Assembly: GCA_043797105.1 (NCBI GenBank)
Contig: JAZDPZ010000060.1
Coordinates: forward strand, 7,906-71,905
DNA: 64,000 bases
From: a bacterium
GTDB lineage: Bacteria; Cyanobacteriota; Vampirovibrionia; Gastranaerophilales; CAZEDP01
Direction: 5' to 3'
A program made the translations under genes and the position numbers. Below are positions 7,376 to 14,916 of this stretch, in pieces. Numbering within the stretch: position 1 is the stretch's first letter; each line of letters starts with the position of its first letter. The notes under the pieces were generated by a model that saw only the letters and a list, made by a program, of their open reading frames with translations, was not told the origin of the DNA and made no database searches.

Positions 7376-8218
7376 ATGTGGGAATATACAGAAAAAGTAA
7401 AAGATTATTATAGAAATCCTAAAAATGTAGGAGAAATAGAAAACCCTGACGCAATAGGCGAAGTAGGGAGCATTAGCTGCGGCGATGCAATAAAGCTTTA
7501 TTTAAAAATTGATATGAATATTATTACTGATGCTAAGTTTCAAACTTTTGGATGCGGTTCTGCAGTAGCCAGCGCAGGCGCTTTAACTGAAATGATAATA
7601 GGCAAACATGTTGATGATGCCGCAAAAATTACGAATCAGGATATTGTTGACTTTCTTGGCGGTTTGCCGGAGCAAAAAATGCATTGCAGCGTTATGGGAA
7701 AAGAAGCTCTTGAAGCAGCTTTAGCTAATTACCAGGGCAATCCCGTAAAGAAAAAAGAATCAAGCAAGGTTGTCTGTAAGTGTTTTGGCACAACTGACGA
7801 AAAAATAAGACAAATTGTCAGGGAAAATAATTTAACAGACATAAAAGATGTGATGAATTACTGTAAAGCCGGCGGTGGATGCGGTCAATGCCATGATGAA
7901 ATTCAAAAAATTGTTGAAGATGAATTAAAAAAAGATAAAAGAGAACTGGAAGAAAAAAAACTTACAAAAACTCAGATGATTATAAAAATTAATAATATTT
8001 TAGAAAATTATGTTGCTGATGAATTAAGAAAAGATGATGGCGATATTGAACTTGTTGATGTTGAGGATAACAAAGTATTTGTTGTGCTTGAGGGTTCCTG
8101 TAAAAATTGTCCAAATAATAATCTGACTCTTAAAAATTTTGTAGAAAGTGTTTTAAGAGAACACGTTGATCCTAAAATTGAAGTTTTATTAAATCGTAGA
8201 CAGAGCAGGAAAAGTTAA
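7376..8218 (+). CDS. nifU: NifU Fe-S cluster scaffold (IscU-like N-domain + BFD-like [2Fe-2S] + NifU C-domain)
   Basis: 280 aa: ...SCGDAIKLYL...FGCGSAVAS...MHCSV...CKCFG...GGGCGQCHDEI...EGSCKNCP... Confidence 0.9.
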   Translation: MWEYTEKVKDYYRNPKNVGEIENPDAIGEVGSISCGDAIKLYLKIDMNIITDAKFQTFGCGSAVASAGALTEMIIGKHVDDAAKITNQDIVDFLGGLPEQKMHCSVMGKEALEAALANYQGNPVKKKESSKVVCKCFGTTDEKIRQIVRENNLTDIKDVMNYCKAGGGCGQCHDEIQKIVEDELKKDKRELEEKKLTKTQMIIKINNILENYVADELRKDDGDIELVDVEDNKVFVVLEGSCKNCPNNNLTLKNFVESVLREHVDPKIEVLLNRRQSRKS

Positions 8219-9448
8219 ATGAAAATGGAAAATATAAAAAAATCAGAAAATATAATATATTTTGATAACAACGCCACAACCCGGGTAGCTGATGAAGTTA
8301 TAGAGGATATGCTGCCTTTTTTGTCGGAAAAATACGGTAATCCTTCAAGTATGCATTATTTTGGAGGAGAAGTCGGCAATTATATAAAGAAAGCCAGGAC
8401 ACAGGTAAGCGAGCTTATTGGAGCAGCCGATCCTCATGAAATAATTTTTACGAGTTGCGGCACAGAAAGCAGTAATATGGCAATAAGAGGTTTATTAGCG
8501 GCAAATCCAGGCAAAAATCATATAATATCAACAAAAGTGGAACATCCTTGTGTGCTTAATGTAACCAAATGGCTCAAGAAAAAAGGTTATCAGGTTACAT
8601 ATCTGGGTGTAAATTCAGAAGGAGAGCTTGACCTTGATGAATTTAGCGAGAGTATTACTCCAAATACTGCTATAGTTACCTGTATGTGGGCAAATAATGA
8701 AACAGGGGTCATATTTCCTGTTGAAAAAATGGCTGAAATTACAAAAGAAAAAAATCCTTCAACTGTATTTTTTGTTGATGCAGTCCAGGCTGCCGGTAAA
8801 ATTCCAATTGATGTGAAAAATACCTGCATTGATCTTTTAAGTATTTCAGGGCATAAAATTCATGCGCCTAAGGGTATAGGATCTCTTTATATTAAAAAAG
8901 GGACTTTAGTTAACCCTCTTATTATTGGCGGTCATCAGGAAAGAGGAAAAAGAGCCGGCACTGAAAATGTAGCAGGTATTGTAGGATTAGGAACAGCTTC
9001 AGAACTTGCTGTTAATTGCCTGGAAGATGAAAATACCCGTGTAAAAAAACTTAGAGACAAGCTTGAAAGAGGTTTAATCGAAAAAATATTCAATGCAAGA
9101 GTAAATGGCACAAGGACTAACAGAATGCCGAATACAACTAATATTAGCTTTGAATATATAGAAGGAGAATTAATTCTTTTACATCTAAGTGATTTTAATA
9201 TATGCGCAAGTTCAGGAAGCGCATGTACCAGTGGCAGTCTTGAACCAAGTCATGTTCTTCGGGCTATGGGCATACCATTTACTGCAATACATGGCAGTAT
9301 AAGATTTAGTTTAAGTAAATATAATAATGAAAATGAAGTTAATTATATTTTAGAAGTAATGCCTCAAATAATTAAGAAATTAAACAGTATTTCTCCATTC
9401 CAAAAACAGCTCAAAGAACTGGAAGAAATTAAATTTACAAGAAATTAA
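8219..9448 (+). CDS. nifS: Cysteine desulfurase NifS (class V aminotransferase)
   Basis: 409 aa. It has the PLP lysine motif SISGHKIHAPKGIG and the active-site segment SSGSACTSG, and it abuts the nifU stop. Confidence 0.9.
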   Translation: MKMENIKKSENIIYFDNNATTRVADEVIEDMLPFLSEKYGNPSSMHYFGGEVGNYIKKARTQVSELIGAADPHEIIFTSCGTESSNMAIRGLLAANPGKNHIISTKVEHPCVLNVTKWLKKKGYQVTYLGVNSEGELDLDEFSESITPNTAIVTCMWANNETGVIFPVEKMAEITKEKNPSTVFFVDAVQAAGKIPIDVKNTCIDLLSISGHKIHAPKGIGSLYIKKGTLVNPLIIGGHQERGKRAGTENVAGIVGLGTASELAVNCLEDENTRVKKLRDKLERGLIEKIFNARVNGTRTNRMPNTTNISFEYIEGELILLHLSDFNICASSGSACTSGSLEPSHVLRAMGIPFTAIHGSIRFSLSKYNNENEVNYILEVMPQIIKKLNSISPFQKQLKELEEIKFTRN

Positions 9449-9449
9449 A

Positions 9450-9546
9450 AAATTTTTATACTAAAGGTTCAATCAACAAAGTCATGAAATGACATTATAA
9501 CTATAATTTAGCTTATCATTAGTCATAAAATATAGACAAATACCAT
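9450..9546 (+). repeat. Family D repeat, copy D1 (about 95 nt)
   Basis: ...CAAAGTCATGAAATGACATTATAACTATAATTTAGCTTATCATTAGTCATAAAATATAGACAAATAC... closely matches 30312..30404 in the same orientation. It contains the hairpin GTCAT-GAA-ATGAC. Confidence 0.7.
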
Positions 9547-9550
9547 TTAT

Positions 9551-9655
9551 CCCTTCCCTCAAGGGAGGGGAATGAGACTAGGGCAGGCAGCAAAGCTGCA
9601 CCATTATGTCCTCACTGGAAGGATTAGTAACTGGTGAATGTGGCTTAGCCACTCC
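9551..9655 (-). repeat. Family C partial copy (C3), reverse orientation
   Basis: This is the reverse complement of the C2 core. A 45-nt stretch ACTAGGGCAGGCAGCAAAGCTGCACCATTATGTCCTCACTGGAAG is identical to the reverse complement of part of 13449..13556. Confidence 0.75.
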
Positions 9656-9666
9656 TATTAATTTTT

Positions 9667-10539
9667 TTAATAATTCAATGTATATAAATTAATATTTTGA
9701 TAAAAATATCCAAGTATTTGATAAGCATTATATCCGTAATTTGCTAAAACATTTGCGCCATGTTGAGACATTCCGACACCATGACCTCTTTTAGGCAGAT
9801 TATCATCAAAAGAAGGAACTGCTCTGACAAAAGGCAAATCTTTAACCCAAACAGCGCCTGAATTTACGGTATGACCTCCTGAACTGCTGTGATAATAAGC
9901 AGGCACAACTTTATTTTCACAGACAAGCACCTGTCCTTTTGTTTGTATAGCAGCGGTATTAGTTTTTAATGTTTCGCATGACGCGCCGCCATAAGCTTGA
10001 TCTTCAGGAGTATCCTTTAAATCATAACCATTTTTGGCTCTTTTTCCCATATTTGCTACTGCATAGCTTCTCGCTGCTATTGCCTGAGCTTTATGGGCTT
10101 CAATATTCCAACTGCTAGGCATTTCAGCAGGAATAACACCCATAATATAACTTTCCAGGTCAATATCATTTATGACAGTCAGTTTATTTCCAGAATTAAA
10201 AATAATTAAATTTCCTCTATACCATTTATTCTTTGTAAATACAAATCCTGATTCTTCTGATTTTACTATTATGTAGTTTGATTGAAGATCATAAGATTTT
10301 TTTTTGAATGTAACACTTAATCCGTTACCATTTATTTTTATTAAATATGGCTGTAAAGGTTCAAGGTTTAAGACAGATTTTTCCGTGTGACTATTAATGA
10401 AAATACCTGGTTTTGATGTTGCAACAACTACAGAATTTATATTAGTAAAAAGCCCTATTTTTATAGCAAAAGCAGGAAAACAGTAAAAAAACGCAACAAT
10501 TATAAAAATTATAACTGAATAAATTCTATATAATTTCAT
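9667..10539 (-). CDS. SpoIID/LytB domain-containing protein
   Basis: 290 aa with an N-terminal TM/signal segment: ...YIMGVIPAEMP.SW..EAHKAQAIAARSYA...YYHSSSGGHT...MSQHGAN... Confidence 0.85.
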   Translation of the reverse strand: MKLYRIYSVIIFIIVAFFYCFPAFAIKIGLFTNINSVVVATSKPGIFINSHTEKSVLNLEPLQPYLIKINGNGLSVTFKKKSYDLQSNYIIVKSEESGFVFTKNKWYRGNLIIFNSGNKLTVINDIDLESYIMGVIPAEMPSSWNIEAHKAQAIAARSYAVANMGKRAKNGYDLKDTPEDQAYGGASCETLKTNTAAIQTKGQVLVCENKVVPAYYHSSSGGHTVNSGAVWVKDLPFVRAVPSFDDNLPKRGHGVGMSQHGANVLANYGYNAYQILGYFYQNINLYTLNY

Positions 10540-10556
10540 AAAATGACCTTTATTTT

Positions 10557-10591
10557 GGATTGCTTCGTCATTCTATTCCTCGCAATGACAG
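10557..10591 (+). repeat. Family A single arm retaining the nuclease start codon
   Basis: GGATTGCTTCGTCATTCTATTCCTCGCAATGACAG. Its reverse complement carries ATGACGAAGCAATCCAAA, the first 6 codons of the GIY-YIG ORF at 3900. Confidence 0.75.
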
Positions 10592-10642
10592 TTTTTAGTT
10601 TTTGGAAGGATTGATGACGATAAGAAGGCGGCTCAGCCGCAG

Positions 10643-11131
10643 TTATTCAATTGGAGCAGTTTGAGCTTCTTCTTTTATAATTTCGGAAGCTATAACAATA
10701 ATAGGCATATCAACAGAAACTTTTGGAGTTAATTTAATTATCATTTTATAATCACCAATATGATTTATAGGATTGTTCAAAGAGATGTTTCTTCTATCAA
10801 CTTCTATTCCTATTTTTTCTTTAATTATATCAGCTAATTTACGTGTTGTAACAGCTCCAAAAAGTTTTCCGCTTTCTCCTGCTTTTGCAGAAATTTCAAT
10901 TTGATTAAGAGTTTTAATTTTTTCTGCTTGTTCAAGAGCCTGTTTGTGAAGTTTTTCAACTTTAGCTTTAATTCTGGCAATATTTTGCGCTCTATTTTTT
11001 ATGGCGCCTTCAGTAGCTATTTCAGCTAAACTAGCCGGTAAAAGGTAATTTCTTGCGTAGCCGTCAGCAACTTCTACAATATCACCGGATTCTCCAAGTG
11101 ATTGCACGCCTTTTCTAAGTATAACTTTCAT
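10643..11131 (-). CDS. rplI: 50S ribosomal protein L9
   Basis: 162 aa: MKVILRKGVQSLGESGDIVEVADGYARNYLLPASLA... Confidence 0.92.
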   Translation of the reverse strand: MKVILRKGVQSLGESGDIVEVADGYARNYLLPASLAEIATEGAIKNRAQNIARIKAKVEKLHKQALEQAEKIKTLNQIEISAKAGESGKLFGAVTTRKLADIIKEKIGIEVDRRNISLNNPINHIGDYKMIIKLTPKVSVDMPIIVIASEIIKEEAQTAPIE

Positions 11132-11607
11132 TCATTTCTCCTTTTCTTGTCTTTATATTTGTTATTTTTTTTATATCTATACATTCCTATTACTGTATTT
11201 AAATTAGATTCAAAACCCAGTTTACTATAAAAATCCTTTTTTGCCCATTTTGTATATAAAGTAATTAAAGGTATATCATAATCGTCGAGTTTAGTCAGCA
11301 TGGATTTTATAATTAATTTTCCAATGCCAAAATTTTGATAAGATGGATTAACAGCCACATCCCATATTGTTGCGTTAAAAACGCCATCTCCTGTAGCTCT
11401 TGCTATTCCTATCAATGATTGTTTATCCCAAGCGCTTGTAATTAATATACTTTTATTTAGAGAATTTTTTATATCTTTAATTTCTCTATACTGCCAACCT
11501 ACAGATAAATATAAACTTTGAACAAGCTCAGGAAGAATGTTTTTAGTATATTTAATTTCAATTTTTTCTAGTTCAAAATTTTTTTTAGGAAAAATCGATT
11601 CAAACAT
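11128..11607 (-). CDS. GNAT family N-acetyltransferase
   Basis: 159 aa. The acetyl-CoA binding pattern is ...VAVNPSYQNFGIGKLIIKSM... Confidence 0.8.
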   Translation of the reverse strand: MFESIFPKKNFELEKIEIKYTKNILPELVQSLYLSVGWQYREIKDIKNSLNKSILITSAWDKQSLIGIARATGDGVFNATIWDVAVNPSYQNFGIGKLIIKSMLTKLDDYDIPLITLYTKWAKKDFYSKLGFESNLNTVIGMYRYKKNNKYKDKKRRNE

Positions 11608-11697
11608 AATTTATTTTTACAATCTTTTTTTTTAGTTCAGTATAATAATAAGCTGTAGGATAATAAAACATAATCAACCAACCGGACAAACCTTATA

Positions 11698-11787
11698 TCA
11701 TCACGAGGAGCGAAATGTAATGAAGCGATTTGGTATATATCTATAATTTACATTTTTTAGATTGCTTCGCTTCGCTCGCAATAGCAG
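11698..11787. mobile_element. ORF-less miniature family A element (both arms, 26-nt spacer)
   Basis: The left arm is TCATCACGAGGAGCGAAATGTAATGAAGCGATT and the right arm is AGATTGCTTCGCTTCGCTCGCAATAGCAG. The arm order and orientation match 3572..3919 but no ORF is present. Confidence 0.6.
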
Positions 11788-11883
11788 TTCCTACAAGGTT
11801 TTATGGTTAAAGATGTAAATTAAATTTAATTCTGTTAAAATAATATTTAGATAATCTTTTTAAAAATATTTTTAGGAGGAAAA

Positions 11884-12693
11884 ATGATTTGTAATAATAA
11901 AAATAAAGCTGATATAGGTGTTTTTGGAGGATCCGGATTCTATGAATTTTTGGATGATGTACAAGAAATTACTATGGAAACGCCTTATGGACCACCTAGC
12001 GATAATATAATTTTAGGCAGTATTAGAGACAAAAAAGTAGCGTTTTTGCCTAGACATGGAAAAAATCACAGTATACTTCCACATTTAATAAACTATAGAG
12101 CTAATATATGGGCTATGAAATCTTTGGGAATCACAAGAATTATAAGTCCCTGCGCTGCAGGAAGTCTTCAAAAACATATTAAACCGGGAGAATTTGTTAT
12201 ATGCGATCAGTTTGTCAATAAAACCTGGAATAGAAAAGACACATTTTATGAAGGACCTATAGCTACTCATGTAAGCCCTGCTGATCCTTATTGTTCGGAA
12301 TTAAGAAGCATAGCAATTAAAACTTCTCAAGAACTTAATATTCCTATTCATGAAAAAGGAACAGTTTTAATAATCCAGGGACCAAGATTTAGCACCAAGG
12401 CTGAGTCAAAGTTTTATACAGCTATGGGATGGGAAGTTATTAATATGACTCAGTATCCTGAAGCATATCTTGCCCGTGAGCTTGAAATATGCGTTGTAAA
12501 TATCTCTTTAATTACTGATTATGATGCGGGATTAGTGGGGGATGTATCTCCTGTAAGCCATTCAGAAGTTATTAAAGTCTTTTCTGAAAATAATGAGAAA
12601 CTGAAAAAATTATTATTTTTTCTGATTCAAAAAATCCCTACAGAAAGAGAAAATTGCGCTTGTAAGGGATCTTTAGATTTTGCGCGCTTATAA
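11884..12693 (+). CDS. mtnP: S-methyl-5'-thioadenosine phosphorylase
   Basis: 269 aa: GVFGGSGFY...PYGPPSD...VAFLPRHG..H...PH.INYRANIWAMKSLG... AGGAGG RBS upstream. Confidence 0.88.
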   Translation: MICNNKNKADIGVFGGSGFYEFLDDVQEITMETPYGPPSDNIILGSIRDKKVAFLPRHGKNHSILPHLINYRANIWAMKSLGITRIISPCAAGSLQKHIKPGEFVICDQFVNKTWNRKDTFYEGPIATHVSPADPYCSELRSIAIKTSQELNIPIHEKGTVLIIQGPRFSTKAESKFYTAMGWEVINMTQYPEAYLARELEICVVNISLITDYDAGLVGDVSPVSHSEVIKVFSENNEKLKKLLFFLIQKIPTERENCACKGSLDFARL

Positions 12694-12713
12694 AAAAACG
12701 GGAGGAAAAATTT

Positions 12714-12980
12714 TTGAGTATTTATCAAGCTATTAGTCAATTATTTCAACTTATGCAATTGATTTTAATTGTCAGGATTTTATTATCATGGTTTCCTAAC
12801 ATTGATTGGTGGAAACAGCCGTTTAAGTTCTTACATGCCATATCAGAACCTATACTGGCTCCTTTTAGAAGAATGGTTCCTTCTCTTGGAGGTTTAGATA
12901 TTTCACCGATTTTTGCTTTTATTTTTTTGGAAATACTTCAATCAGTTGTATTAAATATAGCTAAATTTTCGGGAAATTAA
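12714..12980 (+). CDS. YggT/Ycf19 family membrane protein
   Basis: 88 aa: ...ILIVRILLSWFPN...EPILAPFRR.VP..GGLDISP... Confidence 0.8.
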   Translation: MSIYQAISQLFQLMQLILIVRILLSWFPNIDWWKQPFKFLHAISEPILAPFRRMVPSLGGLDISPIFAFIFLEILQSVVLNIAKFSGN

Positions 12981-12990
12981 TCATTTTGCC

Positions 12991-13063
12991 TGTCATTCTC
13001 AGCGACCGAAATGTGATAGCGGACAAGCATCGCCTGCTTTGCAAGCAAGTATGAGAATCTGCC
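12991..13063 (+). repeat. Family B hairpin repeat, copy B1
   Basis: TGTCATTCTCAGCGA...TATGAGAATCTGCC, in which ATTCTCA pairs with TGAGAAT. It lies between yggT and the lipoprotein gene. Confidence 0.7.
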
Positions 13064-13083
13064 ATAATAAATGAGGATATTTT

Positions 13084-13347
13084 ATGATTGCACAAAACTT
13101 TGGGATTGGGATAAAAGTCTTAATTTCTTTTGTTATAATTTTTATTCTTGCAGGATGTGGCGTTTCATCAAGAAAAACAACAGATGGAGACGAGATAATA
13201 AAGCTTAATAGCGGTGTGATTATTTATAAAGATAATTCTGATCCCTTTGTTCCTCCTGAATATGAAACATCTAATTCTACAGATGCTCCCTGGAATATTA
13301 AATTTGGACCTGATGACTTAAAATTTGGATCTAAAACTTCTCATTAA
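13084..13347 (+). CDS. Hypothetical lipoprotein
   Basis: 87 aa with a signal peptide and the lipobox ILAGC. Confidence 0.55.
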   Translation: MIAQNFGIGIKVLISFVIIFILAGCGVSSRKTTDGDEIIKLNSGVIIYKDNSDPFVPPEYETSNSTDAPWNIKFGPDDLKFGSKTSH

Positions 13348-13350
13348 AAA

Positions 13351-13389
13351 AAAGAAGAAGTGATGCCTTTTAGGTATCTCTTCTTCTTT
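13351..13389. terminator. Bidirectional-looking intrinsic terminator hairpin
   Basis: The 10-bp stem is AAAGAAGAAG / CTTCTTCTTT with a 19-nt loop. An A-run precedes it and a T-run follows. Confidence 0.55.
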
Positions 13390-13400
13390 TTGACTATCTA

Positions 13401-13593
13401 TTAAGTAATGAACAATAAATTTCCACCTTTTAAAAAATGGGTTTGGTGAGGAAGTGGCTAAGCCACATTCACCAGTTACTAATTCTTCCAGTGAGGACAT
13501 AATGGTGCAGCTTTGCTGCCTGCCCTAGTCTAAGTCCCCCTCCCTCGAGGGAAGGGTATAAAGGGGAGGGTGTATAAATTTATTGTTACCCAC
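13401..13593 (+). mobile_element. Family C MITE-like element, long copy C2
   Basis: TTAAGTAATGAACAATAAATTTCCACC...GGGTGTATAAATTTATTGTTACCCAC. Relative to C1 it carries an extra module of about 75 nt (GGCTAAGCCACATTCACCAGTTACTAA...). Its right end supplies the stop codon of the hfq-like gene (13586-13588). Confidence 0.75.
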
Positions 13594-13792
13594 TTTGATG
13601 ATAATAAATAATAGAATTTTTTAAAAGAGTTATTTTTTGACTATTTTCAAGGATAATATGAAAAGCATCATCATCAAACCATATAATCTGTCCCTTGAAT
13701 GTTTTATTATCAATAATATGAAATTCTATCCATATTTTATCTTTTATAAATTGTTTAATCTCAAAAACACTTGGTCCTTTAAGCTCATTCAT
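13586..13792 (-). CDS. hfq: Hfq-like Sm-fold protein (short cyanobacterial type)
   Basis: 68 aa: GPSVFEIKQFIKDKIWIEFHIIDNKTFKGQIIWFDDDAFHIIL...ITLLKNSIIYY. This follows the Sm1/Sm2 beta-strand pattern, and from memory it resembles cyanobacterial Hfq (LPSVRQVQ.LIKD...V.I.L..G....G.I.WQD.D). Confidence 0.55.
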   Translation of the reverse strand: MNELKGPSVFEIKQFIKDKIWIEFHIIDNKTFKGQIIWFDDDAFHIILENSQKITLLKNSIIYYHQSG

Positions 13793-13810
13793 TTAATAAA
13801 TTTCCTTGCT

Positions 13811-14740
13811 TTAGTTTAACTCTTTTTCTGAAAGAATAAACAAACTTATTACATCTTCCAGCTCATCAGCTTTTTTTCTGCGTTTTTGAACTTCTTTTTC
13901 CAGTATTTTAATATTATTTTTGTATTCTTCAATAGTATTCATATTATCTCTAATTGAATGCTCTATTTCGTCCTGTACTTGCTGAGCTTCTGTAAGGACT
14001 TTATTCATCGAAATTCCCATTGCTTCCATTGTTTGTCTGATTATTTGAGCTCCGGTATGTCTGGTAACTCCTGATGGAAGTTGATTAATCAATCTTATTA
14101 AAACACTTACATTTGTTGGAGATTCAAATTCTGACAAATCAAGTTCTGGATCCGATATTTTGGAATTTAGCTGAACATTCGGTTGTTCGTTAAATTTTTG
14201 TTTTGGAAAGGTTGTTCTTTCATTAAATTCATTAGGTTTTTGTCTTATTGGAACATTTTTTTCATTTGAAATAGAAGTCTTATTAGGTGAAACCATTTGT
14301 TTTTTAGGAGTATATTCTTTATATTCAGGTCTTTCATTTCTTTTAACCGGCTGGGCATAGTTTTTTTGTCTGTTATCATACTCTTTATCAGCTTTTTCAT
14401 CTAATAAATAATCACATTCTTCTGAATATTCTTCTTCATTATTACCTGATGAATCCAGACTAAATTCATCAGCATCCTCGGTCTCATAGTTGGATTCTTG
14501 AGACATATAAGATTCATAGGAAATTTCTTGATATTCATTATTATTCCAGTAAGAATCCTCAGCTTCATTATTAGGTAATTCTGTTTCCTGCATATTAGTA
14601 ATTTCCGGAGAATCAACCATTTCTTCAAAATTATTTTTTTGCTCTTGTCTTTCAGATGTAACTTCAGACTGATTTTTTAAAGCTTCAATTATTTTTCTGC
14701 CAACACCTTCAGGTAATTTTGTTGATTTTTTGACTTCCAC
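13811..14740 (-). CDS. Hypothetical acidic low-complexity protein with C-terminal coiled coil
   Basis: 309 aa, E/N/S-rich. The C-terminal region is ...GAQIIRQTMEAMGISMNKVLTEAQQVQDEIE... GTG start. It lies 18 nt upstream of the hfq-like gene on the same strand. Confidence 0.5.
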   Translation of the reverse strand: MEVKKSTKLPEGVGRKIIEALKNQSEVTSERQEQKNNFEEMVDSPEITNMQETELPNNEAEDSYWNNNEYQEISYESYMSQESNYETEDADEFSLDSSGNNEEEYSEECDYLLDEKADKEYDNRQKNYAQPVKRNERPEYKEYTPKKQMVSPNKTSISNEKNVPIRQKPNEFNERTTFPKQKFNEQPNVQLNSKISDPELDLSEFESPTNVSVLIRLINQLPSGVTRHTGAQIIRQTMEAMGISMNKVLTEAQQVQDEIEHSIRDNMNTIEEYKNNIKILEKEVQKRRKKADELEDVISLFILSEKELN

Positions 14741-14861
14741 TTGTTTTATCTCCTTATTAAATTTTAAATTTAATTATAGACATAATTATACTCAAATAAA
14801 ATATGAATTTCAAAAAAATAAAAATGTCCTATTTTCACTTTGGATTTATAATTTATTGGCA

Positions 14862-14870
14862 TGATATAAT
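14862..14870 (+). promoter_or_regulatory. Candidate extended -10 promoter element (TGaTATAAT) for aroC
   Basis: TGATATAAT lies 47 nt upstream of the aroC ATG. In AT-rich sequence such matches also occur by chance. Confidence 0.3.
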
Positions 14871-14916
14871 TATACAAGTTTTAAACTGAATTTAAGAAAT
14901 GTTTTGAGGAAAATTT

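Noticed and set aside
13318-13500. 60-aa minus-strand ORF in the track (MSSLEELVTGECGLATSS...)
   Set aside because: It lies mostly inside family C copy C2 and the terminator hairpin. The same sequence recurs in non-coding context at 9551..9655 and 60984..61066, and there is no RBS. It is a repeat-derived ORF, not a gene.
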